This document shows positions 18,780 to 27,631 of a stretch of DNA of 64,000 bases, piece after piece. How positions within the stretch are numbered: the first letter of the stretch is position 1; every line of letters starts with the position of its first letter. The stretch lies in the sequence record KY000079.2; one strand, written 5' to 3'. Position numbers and translations under genes: made by a program. Under the pieces are notes generated by a model that had not been told where the DNA came from, did not search any database, and worked only from the letters and a program-made list of their open reading frames with translations. Origin of the DNA: Acinetobacter phage AM24.

Positions 18780-20024
18780 ATGGAACAACTTGTTTTAAAT
18801 ATTAATAAAGTCCCTGTTGTGGAAGCCTCTCAATTTAAATACTCAGACCATATTTTTGTTTCAGTTAATGGTCAATTTAAAAGAATGAAAAGAACTGATC
18901 TCCTTACCTTATTGAGTGCTGATGTTAAAGGTGAAAAAGGTGATAGAGGTCCGATTGGTTTACAAGGTAGGACTGGAGCTACAGGTGCAACTGGGGCCAC
19001 AGGAGCTACAGGTGCAACTGGAGATAAAGGTGTTAAGGGAGATCGTGGAGATGCTGGTTTCCGAGGATGGTCACCAGTCTTCAAATCTGTAGCTGACTCT
19101 GGATCTATCTACCTATACCTAAGTGATTGGGTTGGTGGTGAAAATACAAAACCTGATGTTCTAGGTTATATCTCACCTACAGGGATTGTAAACTATATCT
19201 CTGAGGGCGCAACTGCAATCAACACTGACTTTGCACCACAAATCAATGACCTTCAAACAAGTAAACTAGATGTTGGCTCTACAACTAGTGCTATCCCTGA
19301 AGGTTCAAACTTATATTATACAGATGCACGAGTTCGTGCTGCAACCCTTACAGGTCTCTCTACTGCGACCTCTACAGCTATTGCAGCGACTGATACTGTA
19401 TTAAGTGCATTTGGCAAGGCACAGGCTCAACTTAACCTTAAACAGAACAGTGCAAGCTTAGGAACAGATGTACAAGCTACAGTTCTATCTACTTACACTG
19501 TTGGTGGTAATACAGCAATTGCCAACACTGATACCATAGCAGCAGCTTTTGGTAAAGCTCAAGGGCAAATTAATGCTAGACAACTTTCAGCCAATCTTTC
19601 ATCTGATGTTCAGGCGTTAGTACTTTCAAGTTATGTTGTTGGTTCTAACACAGCTTTAGCCAATACAGATACTTTCATTGCTGCTCTTGGCAAGTTGCAA
19701 GGTCAGATCAATGCTAGAGAGGTAGCTGCCAATGTACCAGCAGATGTTAGGGCAACAGTTCTTACAGGTCTCTCTACAGCGACCTCTACAGCAATTACTG
19801 CTACAGATACTGTCTTGTCAGCCTTCGGGAAATTACAAGCCCAAGTCAACTTGAAACAAGACTCATCTACCCTAGCTGCAAATGTAAGATCAACAACCCT
19901 TACAGGTTTCTCTGCAACACCAAACTCAGCAGTAGTTGCAGCAGATACACTATTGGCAGCAATAGGAAAATTACAGGCTCAAGTTGATAGTTTATCTTCT
20001 AGAGTAACAGCACTAGGAGGATAA
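18780..20024 (+). CDS. Collagen-like tail fiber protein.
   Basis: Gly-X-Y triplets GEKGDRGPIGLQGRTGATGATGATGATGATGDKGVKGDRGDAGFRG, followed by five repeats of about 46 aa ending ...FGKaQaQvN.... Confidence 0.6.
   Translation: MEQLVLNINKVPVVEASQFKYSDHIFVSVNGQFKRMKRTDLLTLLSADVKGEKGDRGPIGLQGRTGATGATGATGATGATGDKGVKGDRGDAGFRGWSPVFKSVADSGSIYLYLSDWVGGENTKPDVLGYISPTGIVNYISEGATAINTDFAPQINDLQTSKLDVGSTTSAIPEGSNLYYTDARVRAATLTGLSTATSTAIAATDTVLSAFGKAQAQLNLKQNSASLGTDVQATVLSTYTVGGNTAIANTDTIAAAFGKAQGQINARQLSANLSSDVQALVLSSYVVGSNTALANTDTFIAALGKLQGQINAREVAANVPADVRATVLTGLSTATSTAITATDTVLSAFGKLQAQVNLKQDSSTLAANVRSTTLTGFSATPNSAVVAADTLLAAIGKLQAQVDSLSSRVTALGG
19330..20000 (+). repeat. Five tandem coding repeats of about 138 nt (about 46 aa) within the tail fiber gene.
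   Basis: Repeated peptide ATVLTGLSTATSTAI.ATDTVLSAFGK.QAQ.NLKQ.S..L...V. and diverged copies. Confidence 0.5.
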
Positions 20025-20025
20025 T

Positions 20026-20592
20026 ATGGCAACAACTTTTCTAGAGGAAACTGTGGAAGTTTCAATTTCTCGTGAAGAGGCACCAACAACCTCTTCAGGA
20101 GTTGACCTAAGAAATATTTTAATTGTTAGTGACAACCCTAGATATTCAGATAGTCATCGAGTTTACTCATCTGTTTCTGAAATGAAAATGGATGGTTTCA
20201 CCAGTGATGACTTCGCTTTAAAATTTGCTGCTCTTTACTTCCCAAACACAACAATACCCTACGATAGACCAAAGCTTATTGTATCTGGTGGTGCTCTTCT
20301 AACAGACTACCATGAATATATTAACAAGATATCTCAAGTATTGCAATCAACAGATAACTTTGGATTGATTATTACTGATGGTTTATATAGGGGCTTGACT
20401 GAGGAACAGGGTGCCAACTTTGTAATTAATGTTGCCCAGTATGTTGAAACTACTGAGAAGTTTTATGCAGTTTTTCTCGACAATAGATTTATGCCTGAAT
20501 ACAAAAAATTCATCCACACAGCTAGTGACGATGTTGTACTAACAGAATCACCTGAAGGATTATTGACAGAGAGTTCTTTTGTCAAAGAGTAA
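20026..20592 (+). CDS. Putative tail fiber assembly or fiber-associated protein.
   Basis: 188 aa, translationally coupled to the fiber gene. The size and position are gpG-like. Confidence 0.3.
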   Translation: MATTFLEETVEVSISREEAPTTSSGVDLRNILIVSDNPRYSDSHRVYSSVSEMKMDGFTSDDFALKFAALYFPNTTIPYDRPKLIVSGGALLTDYHEYINKISQVLQSTDNFGLIITDGLYRGLTEEQGANFVINVAQYVETTEKFYAVFLDNRFMPEYKKFIHTASDDVVLTESPEGLLTESSFVKE

Positions 20593-20618
20593 TTCAAGGC
20601 AGTTAAAAGGAGTTTAAC

Positions 20619-21293
20619 ATGGACATTTTAAAATTTAACTCTCGTGGTGATTTAGTAGTTCACCTACAGAAAAAACTTGCATCATTAGGCTATAAGTTAA
20701 ACCCAGATGGGATCTTTGGAAAGGCCACTCAAGAAGCTGTTATTCATTTCCAAAGACAAAATGGTTTAACTTCTGATGGTATCGTTGGCAAGTTAACTTG
20801 GTCTATGTTGGACTCTAAAACTTCATCAATAGGTAAAACTAGAACAATTAGCCAAAACGGTATTAACTTTATAAAAAGTTTTGAGGGTTTAAGACTACGT
20901 GCTTATGACGATGGTGTTGGGGTGATCACTATTGGTTATGGCACAACTCGTTATCCAAATGGTCATAAAGTTCAATTAGGCGATACCTGCACTGAAAAAC
21001 AGGCAGAACAGTACTTATCCAATGATTTAGTCAAGTTTGAAAAGGCTGTTAATGAACTAGTCAAAGTTCCAGTCAATCAAAACCAATATGATGCACTTGT
21101 TAGCTTCACATACAATGTTGGAGTAGGTGCACTATCAACAAGTAAGGCTTTAAAGCTTCTAAATGCTGGTGATTACACTGGTTGTGCTAAAGCAATGCTT
21201 TCTTGGAATAAGGGTCGTGTTGGTGGAAAACTTGTTGAAATCGGTGGTCTAACCAGAAGAAGAAATGCAGAAAAGGATTTATTTTTAAAATAA
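20619..21293 (+). CDS. Endolysin. N-terminal peptidoglycan-binding domain (PG_binding_1) plus C-terminal GH24 T4-type lysozyme.
   Basis: Repeats DGIFGKATQEAVIHFQ / DGIVGKLTWSML match PG_binding_1. The C-terminal part (GINFIKSFEGLRLRAYDDGVGVITIGYGTT) carries the lysozyme catalytic-region signature. Confidence 0.8.
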   Translation: MDILKFNSRGDLVVHLQKKLASLGYKLNPDGIFGKATQEAVIHFQRQNGLTSDGIVGKLTWSMLDSKTSSIGKTRTISQNGINFIKSFEGLRLRAYDDGVGVITIGYGTTRYPNGHKVQLGDTCTEKQAEQYLSNDLVKFEKAVNELVKVPVNQNQYDALVSFTYNVGVGALSTSKALKLLNAGDYTGCAKAMLSWNKGRVGGKLVEIGGLTRRRNAEKDLFLK

Positions 21294-21307
21294 TCAAGGA
21301 GTGATTT

Positions 21308-21589
21308 ATGGCTGATGTTTTAGTATCAGGTATCAAAATTTCAGAAATGGACCTTGTTAATGAAGTTCAAGGTTCAGAAAAGGTCCCTACAGACCAAGTT
21401 GGTGATAAAGCTATTAGTATTGATCAAATACTTACTTATGTCAACAACAAAGTAAAACCAACTTGGGGAAACATCCAAGGTGATATTAATACACAGACTG
21501 ATTTAATCAACCTTATAACTAACCAAAATGCAGCCTTGATGAATGAGGTCGAACAACTTAAAATCAGGGTTTCACAACTAGAAACCTAA
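21308..21589 (+). CDS. Hypothetical protein. Hydrophilic with a C-terminal coiled coil, no TM helix.
   Basis: ORF with RBS aaggagtgatttatgg, last + strand gene before the convergent terminator. Confidence 0.3.
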   Translation: MADVLVSGIKISEMDLVNEVQGSEKVPTDQVGDKAISIDQILTYVNNKVKPTWGNIQGDINTQTDLINLITNQNAALMNEVEQLKIRVSQLET

Positions 21590-21627
21590 AACAAACCCCT
21601 GAAGGAATTCCTTCAGGGGTTTTTCTA
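21590..21627. terminator. Bidirectional rho-independent terminator between convergent transcription units.
   Basis: Perfect 10-bp stem cccctgaagg / ccttcagggg with loop aatt. It is flanked by an A-run upstream and ttttt downstream. Confidence 0.6.
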
Positions 21628-21645
21628 TGGTATATAATTCAAACT

Positions 21646-24417
21646 TTATTGACAGTTTTCACATTCTTCATATCTCTTAATATCACCAGATCCTCGCATA
21701 GAGTAAATGTAATAAAGAGCTAAAATACCATCATTTATTAAAGCATACTTATGAACCTTCATAATATACTCTGGGGTGTCATTGCTTGTAAAGTACAAGT
21801 TGATTGATTGTTGTTGGTCAATATATTGTTGACGCTGAGCACACAAATCAAGATGCTTTAGCATATCAATTTCAAAGGCAGTTCGGAAAACATCTTTCTC
21901 ATGTTGAGTCAGCCAGTGTACATGTTGTACAGAACCCTTATGTTTATTGATGTCGTTTACTACATCTTCATTATAAACACCACGCTCCTTCATGATCTCC
22001 AGAAGGACTTTATTCACCCTCCAGATATCACCTCCAGCACTTTGCTTCACAAACACCATAGCAACATCTAGGCCAATACCTTCGGAAGCCCCTGCCATAA
22101 TCTCTGCTGTTGACTTTGTAGGTGGCATCATCATGGTTGTTGCATTACGGATACCTAGGTGAGCACAACCTTCAGGCATTCCTAATTCACGTGCTAACCA
22201 CTTAGAAGCTGCTAAGGTTTGATCTCGCATACCCTTAAAGATTTCTTCATTAAGCCAGAAACTCTCAAGGCTCCCTACAACAATTCTACGTTTTTGTAGT
22301 AGTGTGTGGAAACCTAATACACCTGTACCAACTGCACGGAATCTCTTGGTGAAGGCTAAGATTTTTCTAAATGCCAAGGCATCCTCTTTATCTTGAACCA
22401 TTCTCTTTTCCATAAACTCAATGTAGTCACTCACATTACAGTCTTGCATAATATGTGCAATAAATGCTAAGTGAGGACATCTTGATTTCCACTCATCGTA
22501 TAAGTCAAGGTTTAAGTTTAGAATTACACAAGAGAATGTATGCTTCTCATCACTACCAAGTAACACTTCTTGGCAATTCATTGTATTCAAACCATTGAAC
22601 ATCAACATGTTACGTTTTGGCTCAAGTGCACAATATGTATCATCAAATCTTCCTTGGTCGATCACTTCATCAACACATACAAATCTTTCAGCAGAACGTT
22701 GAGGTTTTCTTTCACTCCATTTTAGGCGGTGTGTTTTTAAACCTAACTGACTCAACTTAAAGAGACCTGTACTCGATACAAGAAGACGATAAGCATCTTG
22801 GCATTCATACAGTCCTTTATCACCTGTACCATTATTGAGAGGTAATTCTTTTAGACCACCTACATCCCTCAAGACAACCTTTGAAGAAACACCAAGTGTT
22901 TGTAACATCAATTGCACATCTTGTAAGAATGTCTTGTGAATGCTTACCACTTGGATAGATTCATTTTCACCATTACGAGCAATAGTTCCATCTGAATCTA
23001 GGAGTCCAGCAAACCATTCCAATCGGCTTTCAATAGTGTACTCAGATGTTGGTACAAAGAATTTATCCTTAAGCCCTTCACTGTGAGTAAGCTTAATACG
23101 ATCACCACCTTGAAGTCCTGACACTGAAGAAACGCAAGTTATATTTTCAAGTAACTCCTTCTTCTTACCATACAAGTATGTGTGTTTTTTACCTTTGTAT
23201 TCAAAACCATCACCAGTGAAGAATCCATTAGTGTAAGCATGTTCGAGGGCCTTGTCACCTAAAATAACTGGTAGATCAAATTTAGATAGTCGATCACCAG
23301 ACTTCAACTCGTAGGCACGTTTAATGACCTCATTGCCATCCTCACCAACAACCTTAAAGCGGTGATACTCTGTGCAATCTAATTCATACCCTGAATCAGT
23401 TACCACTTTAACTAACTTCTGATTTTCACCAGTTTTGATAATTGTCACTTCAGACCATTCAAAACCATTCCACACCTCGATCTGCTGTCCCTCAAGGTCA
23501 GAAATCGTTTGATATCCACTTTTAGTTAAGATTAACGTCTCAGGTGAAACACATAAGTTTGATGCCTTAGCAGTCATACCTGCATCTTTAAATGCCTGAG
23601 CTAAGTGGCGGTTCATTTCATCAATCTTAGTGAAGTAACCCTTACCACGCTGCATCTTGATAGCAATAGCTTTAGCTAATAGAGCAACTGCTTCTGGGTC
23701 ATCCTTGACTAACTTCTCAATGTACTCGTCCTTACATAACCATGCTGGGTTATTACTTTCAGGTCGTTTGAATAGGTACTTTAAAACTTCCTCAAACTCA
23801 GGATGTTCAATACTAACAGCATAAGATAAACTACCTCTACGGCTACCTTGAACAACCTCATCCATACAATTAATCAAGTCACGAATGACAGGCATCACCC
23901 CACCACCATAACCACCCCTAGGTAGTTTCTTACCTTTATAGGCCCAGTCATCAACTGAGTAAGATGTACCATGCGAATGTTTAGTCAAGATACCTGCTTC
24001 AGTCACACAATCGTAACGAGAGAACAAGTTGTCACCAACATAACCACCAGCACAACTTACTGTTGATCCCCTTTCAGGTAAACCACTGTTCGCCAATAAA
24101 GGAGTTGAACAAGACACATAACCATCCCAAAGTACGTCAAAAAACACTTCCTCCCAAGTTTTACCAGCCGTATAAGTATCCACATTCCACCAAGAAGGGT
24201 ACTTATCTGGTGCATGTTTAGCTAAAGTCTTAGCAATCATTTTATAGCGAGCTTTTACAGTCTCACCATTCCAAGAATACTTTTCAAAGAACAACTGAGT
24301 CCCACCAGTAGTAAACCATTTAGGGATCTCTCCATGTTCTTGTAGTTTTTTTCGAAGTTGACTGTAACTATCAACCCCGTATAATTCTAATGTTTCTAAA
24401 AAAGACAAAACAGCCAC
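21646..24417 (-). CDS. nrdA: Ribonucleotide reductase class I large subunit (NrdA-like, no ATP cone), interrupted by a 326-aa LAGLIDADG intein.
   Basis: The extein motif ...KASNL/CQEV reconstitutes the active-site NxCxE (E. coli SNLCLEI). The total is 923 aa, which is a 597-aa extein plus the 326-aa intein. Confidence 0.85.
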   Translation of the reverse strand: MAVLSFLETLELYGVDSYSQLRKKLQEHGEIPKWFTTGGTQLFFEKYSWNGETVKARYKMIAKTLAKHAPDKYPSWWNVDTYTAGKTWEEVFFDVLWDGYVSCSTPLLANSGLPERGSTVSCAGGYVGDNLFSRYDCVTEAGILTKHSHGTSYSVDDWAYKGKKLPRGGYGGGVMPVIRDLINCMDEVVQGSRRGSLSYAVSIEHPEFEEVLKYLFKRPESNNPAWLCKDEYIEKLVKDDPEAVALLAKAIAIKMQRGKGYFTKIDEMNRHLAQAFKDAGMTAKASNLCVSPETLILTKSGYQTISDLEGQQIEVWNGFEWSEVTIIKTGENQKLVKVVTDSGYELDCTEYHRFKVVGEDGNEVIKRAYELKSGDRLSKFDLPVILGDKALEHAYTNGFFTGDGFEYKGKKHTYLYGKKKELLENITCVSSVSGLQGGDRIKLTHSEGLKDKFFVPTSEYTIESRLEWFAGLLDSDGTIARNGENESIQVVSIHKTFLQDVQLMLQTLGVSSKVVLRDVGGLKELPLNNGTGDKGLYECQDAYRLLVSSTGLFKLSQLGLKTHRLKWSERKPQRSAERFVCVDEVIDQGRFDDTYCALEPKRNMLMFNGLNTMNCQEVLLGSDEKHTFSCVILNLNLDLYDEWKSRCPHLAFIAHIMQDCNVSDYIEFMEKRMVQDKEDALAFRKILAFTKRFRAVGTGVLGFHTLLQKRRIVVGSLESFWLNEEIFKGMRDQTLAASKWLARELGMPEGCAHLGIRNATTMMMPPTKSTAEIMAGASEGIGLDVAMVFVKQSAGGDIWRVNKVLLEIMKERGVYNEDVVNDINKHKGSVQHVHWLTQHEKDVFRTAFEIDMLKHLDLCAQRQQYIDQQQSINLYFTSNDTPEYIMKVHKYALINDGILALYYIYSMRGSGDIKRYEECENCQ
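22576..23553 (-). mobile_element. Intein with a LAGLIDADG homing endonuclease domain, inserted at the catalytic Cys of NrdA.
   Basis: Block A CVSPETLILTKSG, block B TEYH, the LAGLIDADG motifs YTNGFFTGDGF and WFAGLLDSDGT, and a C-terminal ...FNGLNTMN followed by the +1 Cys. Confidence 0.75.
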
Positions 24418-24427
24418 AAATATCTCC

Positions 24428-25699
24428 TTACTTACTTCCTTGTAATCCTTTATTATCTTCTGAATCTTCCATGATCAGATTCAAGAGTTCTTCTTGTTCC
24501 TCTTGTTCTTTCTTCCTCATATTATTCCAAGCTTCTACAAACATAGCCTCAGACCAGTTACTTTCATACTCTCGGTTTTGACCCTTAGTGAAGAAATCTG
24601 GCATCTGGTAACCGTATGTATTTAAGTTAAACATCTTAGCCACTTTGGAATCCTTCTGAGTAACTTGGAACTCTTTAGGGATTTTATCTACAGGAACCTG
24701 CAAACGAGTCAAGAAAGTAAAGATTCGGAAGCGCACAAAATCAATGTACTCGGCTGTTGTATACCCATTGAGTGAACCTGAAGGGATTGCCATATCAATG
24801 ATTCGCTTCTCATGCTCTAACACGTAGTGGCAAGCTTGTAGTAACTTTCCAAACATTTCTTCATGCTCATGTAGAGGTTTTCCTACTTCATGGAAATAGG
24901 TGTTAAAATGTTCTGCTGCATAAATACCATGAAGGTCTTCATCTAGTGCACTTTGGTTAGCAATTTGTGCAATAACTTTAATTAAGTTAAAACCGTTTGT
25001 CTGGAAGCTTTTAAGGATGGCAAAGCTAGAGAACAACAAAGCTGTCTCTGTTAAAGAGAAGCACAAGCATGCAAGCATCTTGTTTTCATCTCGCATTAAC
25101 CCATCTAACCATTCCATACGTTCATTGAGCACAGGGTCATCAATGTAGGATGTGTAGTAATCATCGGTATCTAGGCCAAGTACAATGTTAATTTCATTGT
25201 ATGTTCGTGCATGGACCATCAACTCAATCATTGCTAAAGCAGAAGCACCAGCACGGGATTCATGTCGAGGGAATACTTTAATGAATAATCCATTCCAGAA
25301 TTCATCACCAACAATTAGTTCATACTGTAAGAATAAGTGTAGAACTGTTTTTACTGCATGTAGTTGCTCTTTAGTAAGCACATACTCAAGTTCCATCTGG
25401 TCATTCTTGACTTCCATTTCACTCTTGAACCACATCTGCTCTTCAAGCTGCTGGTCAGCAATCTCAAGAATCTTTGGGTACTTAATTTCATAGCCACTAT
25501 TGGGTGATGTAATACGGGTTTGCACTAACCCAGTTTTCTCTGAATTTAGTGTTTTGTTTATTGTCACATAAACGAATTTCCCTTCAGGGTTTTTCTCATC
25601 CTTGACATTGATAATAACCTTTCCAGTTGGTGGTGGTAAAAATCCAATCTTCTCAACCTGGCCTTCGGTTAAATCTACCTCAATATTGATTTTAGACAT
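24428..25699 (-). CDS. nrdB: Ribonucleotide reductase class I small subunit (NrdB-like) with an N-terminal extension.
   Basis: Ferritin-like di-iron/tyrosyl radical region (ELIVGDEFW..., ...ACLCFSLTETALLFSSFAIL..., ...YAAEHFNTYFHEV...). It lies immediately downstream of nrdA on the same strand. Confidence 0.75.
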   Translation of the reverse strand: MSKINIEVDLTEGQVEKIGFLPPPTGKVIINVKDEKNPEGKFVYVTINKTLNSEKTGLVQTRITSPNSGYEIKYPKILEIADQQLEEQMWFKSEMEVKNDQMELEYVLTKEQLHAVKTVLHLFLQYELIVGDEFWNGLFIKVFPRHESRAGASALAMIELMVHARTYNEINIVLGLDTDDYYTSYIDDPVLNERMEWLDGLMRDENKMLACLCFSLTETALLFSSFAILKSFQTNGFNLIKVIAQIANQSALDEDLHGIYAAEHFNTYFHEVGKPLHEHEEMFGKLLQACHYVLEHEKRIIDMAIPSGSLNGYTTAEYIDFVRFRIFTFLTRLQVPVDKIPKEFQVTQKDSKVAKMFNLNTYGYQMPDFFTKGQNREYESNWSEAMFVEAWNNMRKKEQEEQEELLNLIMEDSEDNKGLQGSK

Positions 25700-25752
25700 C
25701 TTAACTCCTTTTAATTTATAAAATTATAAATCATAAACTCCATGTAAAAGTA

Positions 25753-25772
25753 AGGCCACTCAATGGTGGCCT
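25753..25772 (-). terminator. Hairpin between the upstream - strand gene and nrdB. Possible attenuator or weak terminator.
   Basis: 7-bp stem aggccac / gtggcct with loop tcaatg. On the - strand transcript it is followed by a short U-run. Confidence 0.3.
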
Positions 25773-25778
25773 CTTCTG

Positions 25779-26255
25779 TTATTTACGTTTAATTCTTGCA
25801 CTGGTAATTCGAGGTTTATCTGAAGAGCGATGATACTCAATTTCAAAACCCAACTCATTTAAGATGTCTGAAAATTCACGAGAGGTTAAATTGGAGTCAA
25901 ACAATGGTACATCCTCACCATAATTCTTGACAACTTTAATACCTTGAATTTCCTTACGAGATACCTTTTCCAAGATTTCTTCACAAAATAACTTAGCGAA
26001 TAAGTCACACAGTGTTTGTACTGCTGGTCGTTTCTCTGGGGTTCGAAAACCGTTCTGGTCCTCTAATGAGTGCCAACCCCACCAACGACCTTCACCAATG
26101 TCAGTCTGTGCAAATAAACTTCGAGTATTTCTTTTGTGATCCTGATAATGCCCAAGTCGCACAATAAAGTTATCTAGAGTATTCCCTGTCATGTCTACAT
26201 AATTAGGACGTTTGGTAGGGTCTTTCTCTTGGACTTGGTTTACTGTTTCAATCAT
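25779..26255 (-). CDS. Hypothetical protein, first gene of the - strand nrd operon.
   Basis: 158-aa ORF with RBS aaggagactatatg. Confidence 0.4.
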   Translation of the reverse strand: MIETVNQVQEKDPTKRPNYVDMTGNTLDNFIVRLGHYQDHKRNTRSLFAQTDIGEGRWWGWHSLEDQNGFRTPEKRPAVQTLCDLFAKLFCEEILEKVSRKEIQGIKVVKNYGEDVPLFDSNLTSREFSDILNELGFEIEYHRSSDKPRITSARIKRK

Positions 26256-26882
26256 ATAGTCTCCTTATGAATTGTTTACATAATATGTAGGGATGTTATC
26301 TGGCACCACTACAAGTTGAAGGTATTGTAGTATGAATTAAATTTATAAAACACCCCACACCTTTAGAAATTCTTAAAAGTTTACCTTGTTTGGTTGTTTG
26401 TTAAACACAACACAAAATAAAGGTAGAACCTAGAGGTTATCTTTAAATTTGTCCCTAGGGGAAAATCCTTCAGGGAATAAAAAAGGACACCACTTAAAGT
26501 AGTGCCCTAAAAAGTACCCTAGGAAATATTACTATAATAACCCTGAGTCAAATTTTTTAAGTATCCCTTATATTTATAATACCCCAAAAAGTAATTTTGT
26601 CAAGCTAAAACCATGCCAACTAATCATTGGAAATTTCGATTAAAAATTAAATATTAGTAAATTCTGTAAAAATACATCAGACCGATTTGATCAAATGCAT
26701 TTTTTAAAAGTGAAAATAACCAGTTCAAAATGGTTTTAACCAGACCGATTTGATCAAATGTTCTAATAAGGTAATAAATAGGGTTTTAAATATGTTTCTT
26801 TTTTAAGTTGACAGAGAAAAAATTTTTTTATAAAGTTATCCACATCCAAAGATGGTTGATTGGTATAAGTAAGGAGAATTTC
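26256..26882. promoter_or_regulatory. AT-rich divergent intergenic control region. Candidate replication origin or early promoter cluster.
   Basis: 627 bp without a convincing ORF between divergently transcribed modules. It has exact 20-bp direct repeats cagaccgatttgatcaaatg at 26678-26697 and 26741-26760, each containing the palindrome tttgatcaaa with a GATC. It also has a palindrome ccctaggg near 26452 and a small inverted repeat aacca..tggtt near 26720. Confidence 0.45.
26808..26836 (+). promoter_or_regulatory. Sigma70-type promoter.
   Basis: -35 ttgaca (26808-13), 17-bp spacer, -10 taaagt (26831-36). The upstream context is ttttaagttgaca. Confidence 0.4.
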
Positions 26883-27599
26883 ATGTTTAAAGGTTTTTTA
26901 ACAGATGTTGCAAAAGAAGCTGGTGTTGGTCCTGCAATTCTTTTAAATCAGTTGCACCAATGGGTTAAGTCTACTGGAAACCAGAAGATTTACCGTTCTA
27001 ATGCTCAATTATCTGAAGACCTTGATGGAGTTCTTTCAGTAGCAGCTATTCAACGTCATAAGGTAAAACTGATTGAATGTGGATACATTATCGTTTCTCA
27101 CGATAAAGGAACTATTCGTACCACTACTTACCAATTAACTGAGAAAGCTTTGAAATCTTTAGGTGCTTTCTTTGACAAAGCTAAAGACAAAGTTAAACAA
27201 GCCTTCCAACCTAAAAAACCTAAACAACAAGTTCCAGCACAACCTAAAGAGGAACCAGTAAAGCAAAGCACTGAGAAACCAACCTCTATGGAAGAAGAGT
27301 TTAAGAAAGCTGGTCAAGAACGTAAGGACCGCCCTAGAGGTTGCCCTAAAGAACTTCTTAAAGGTATCTTTATGAGTGCTAAGAAAGAAGAGGAAAAACA
27401 AGAAGATGTTGTTTATGAGGACAATTCTGAAGAGTTATTTGGAAAGAAATTCGAAAGTGAAGACTTGAGTGATGAAGAAATCTTTGATAAAATGAGTAAA
27501 ACTCTTGGTGGTTTATTTAAGACTATCCCTAATGTGGATAAAAGAAATTCAAACCTTCAAGCTATAAATAACTTTGGTAACTTTCGAGAAGAGTACTAA
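26883..27599 (+). CDS. Putative DNA-binding protein, possibly a replication initiator or early regulator. The start is chosen at the ATG with an RBS.
   Basis: RBS taaggagaatttcatg. The N-terminal region is helix-turn-helix-like. The C-terminal part is Lys/Glu-rich. It is the first gene of the + strand replication module. Confidence 0.35.
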   Translation: MFKGFLTDVAKEAGVGPAILLNQLHQWVKSTGNQKIYRSNAQLSEDLDGVLSVAAIQRHKVKLIECGYIIVSHDKGTIRTTTYQLTEKALKSLGAFFDKAKDKVKQAFQPKKPKQQVPAQPKEEPVKQSTEKPTSMEEEFKKAGQERKDRPRGCPKELLKGIFMSAKKEEEKQEDVVYEDNSEELFGKKFESEDLSDEEIFDKMSKTLGGLFKTIPNVDKRNSNLQAINNFGNFREEY

Positions 27600-27631
27600 G
27601 GTTTGTTGATTAATAATCGGAGAAATCGATA

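Noticed and set aside
18960-19025. Short tandem DNA repeats that might suggest a CRISPR or VNTR array
   Set aside because: They are 9-nt coding repeats for Gly-X-Y collagen triplets inside an intact ORF. There is no spacer-repeat architecture and no cas genes.
18872-19084. Minus-strand ORF encoding PVAPVAPVAP repeats
   Set aside because: It is the antisense reading of the collagen-like GATGATGAT triplet repeats in the + strand fiber gene. It is a composition artefact.
24390-24581. + strand ORF spanning the nrdA/nrdB junction
   Set aside because: It overlaps two well-supported - strand genes and the intergenic RBS region. There is no coding signal.
26280-26880. Possible tRNA or small RNA genes in the long intergenic region
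   Set aside because: No cloverleaf-compatible segment could be folded by eye (no acceptor stem with a T-arm GTTC and anticodon loop). The region is better explained by promoters and repeats. A tRNAscan run would be needed to exclude this firmly.
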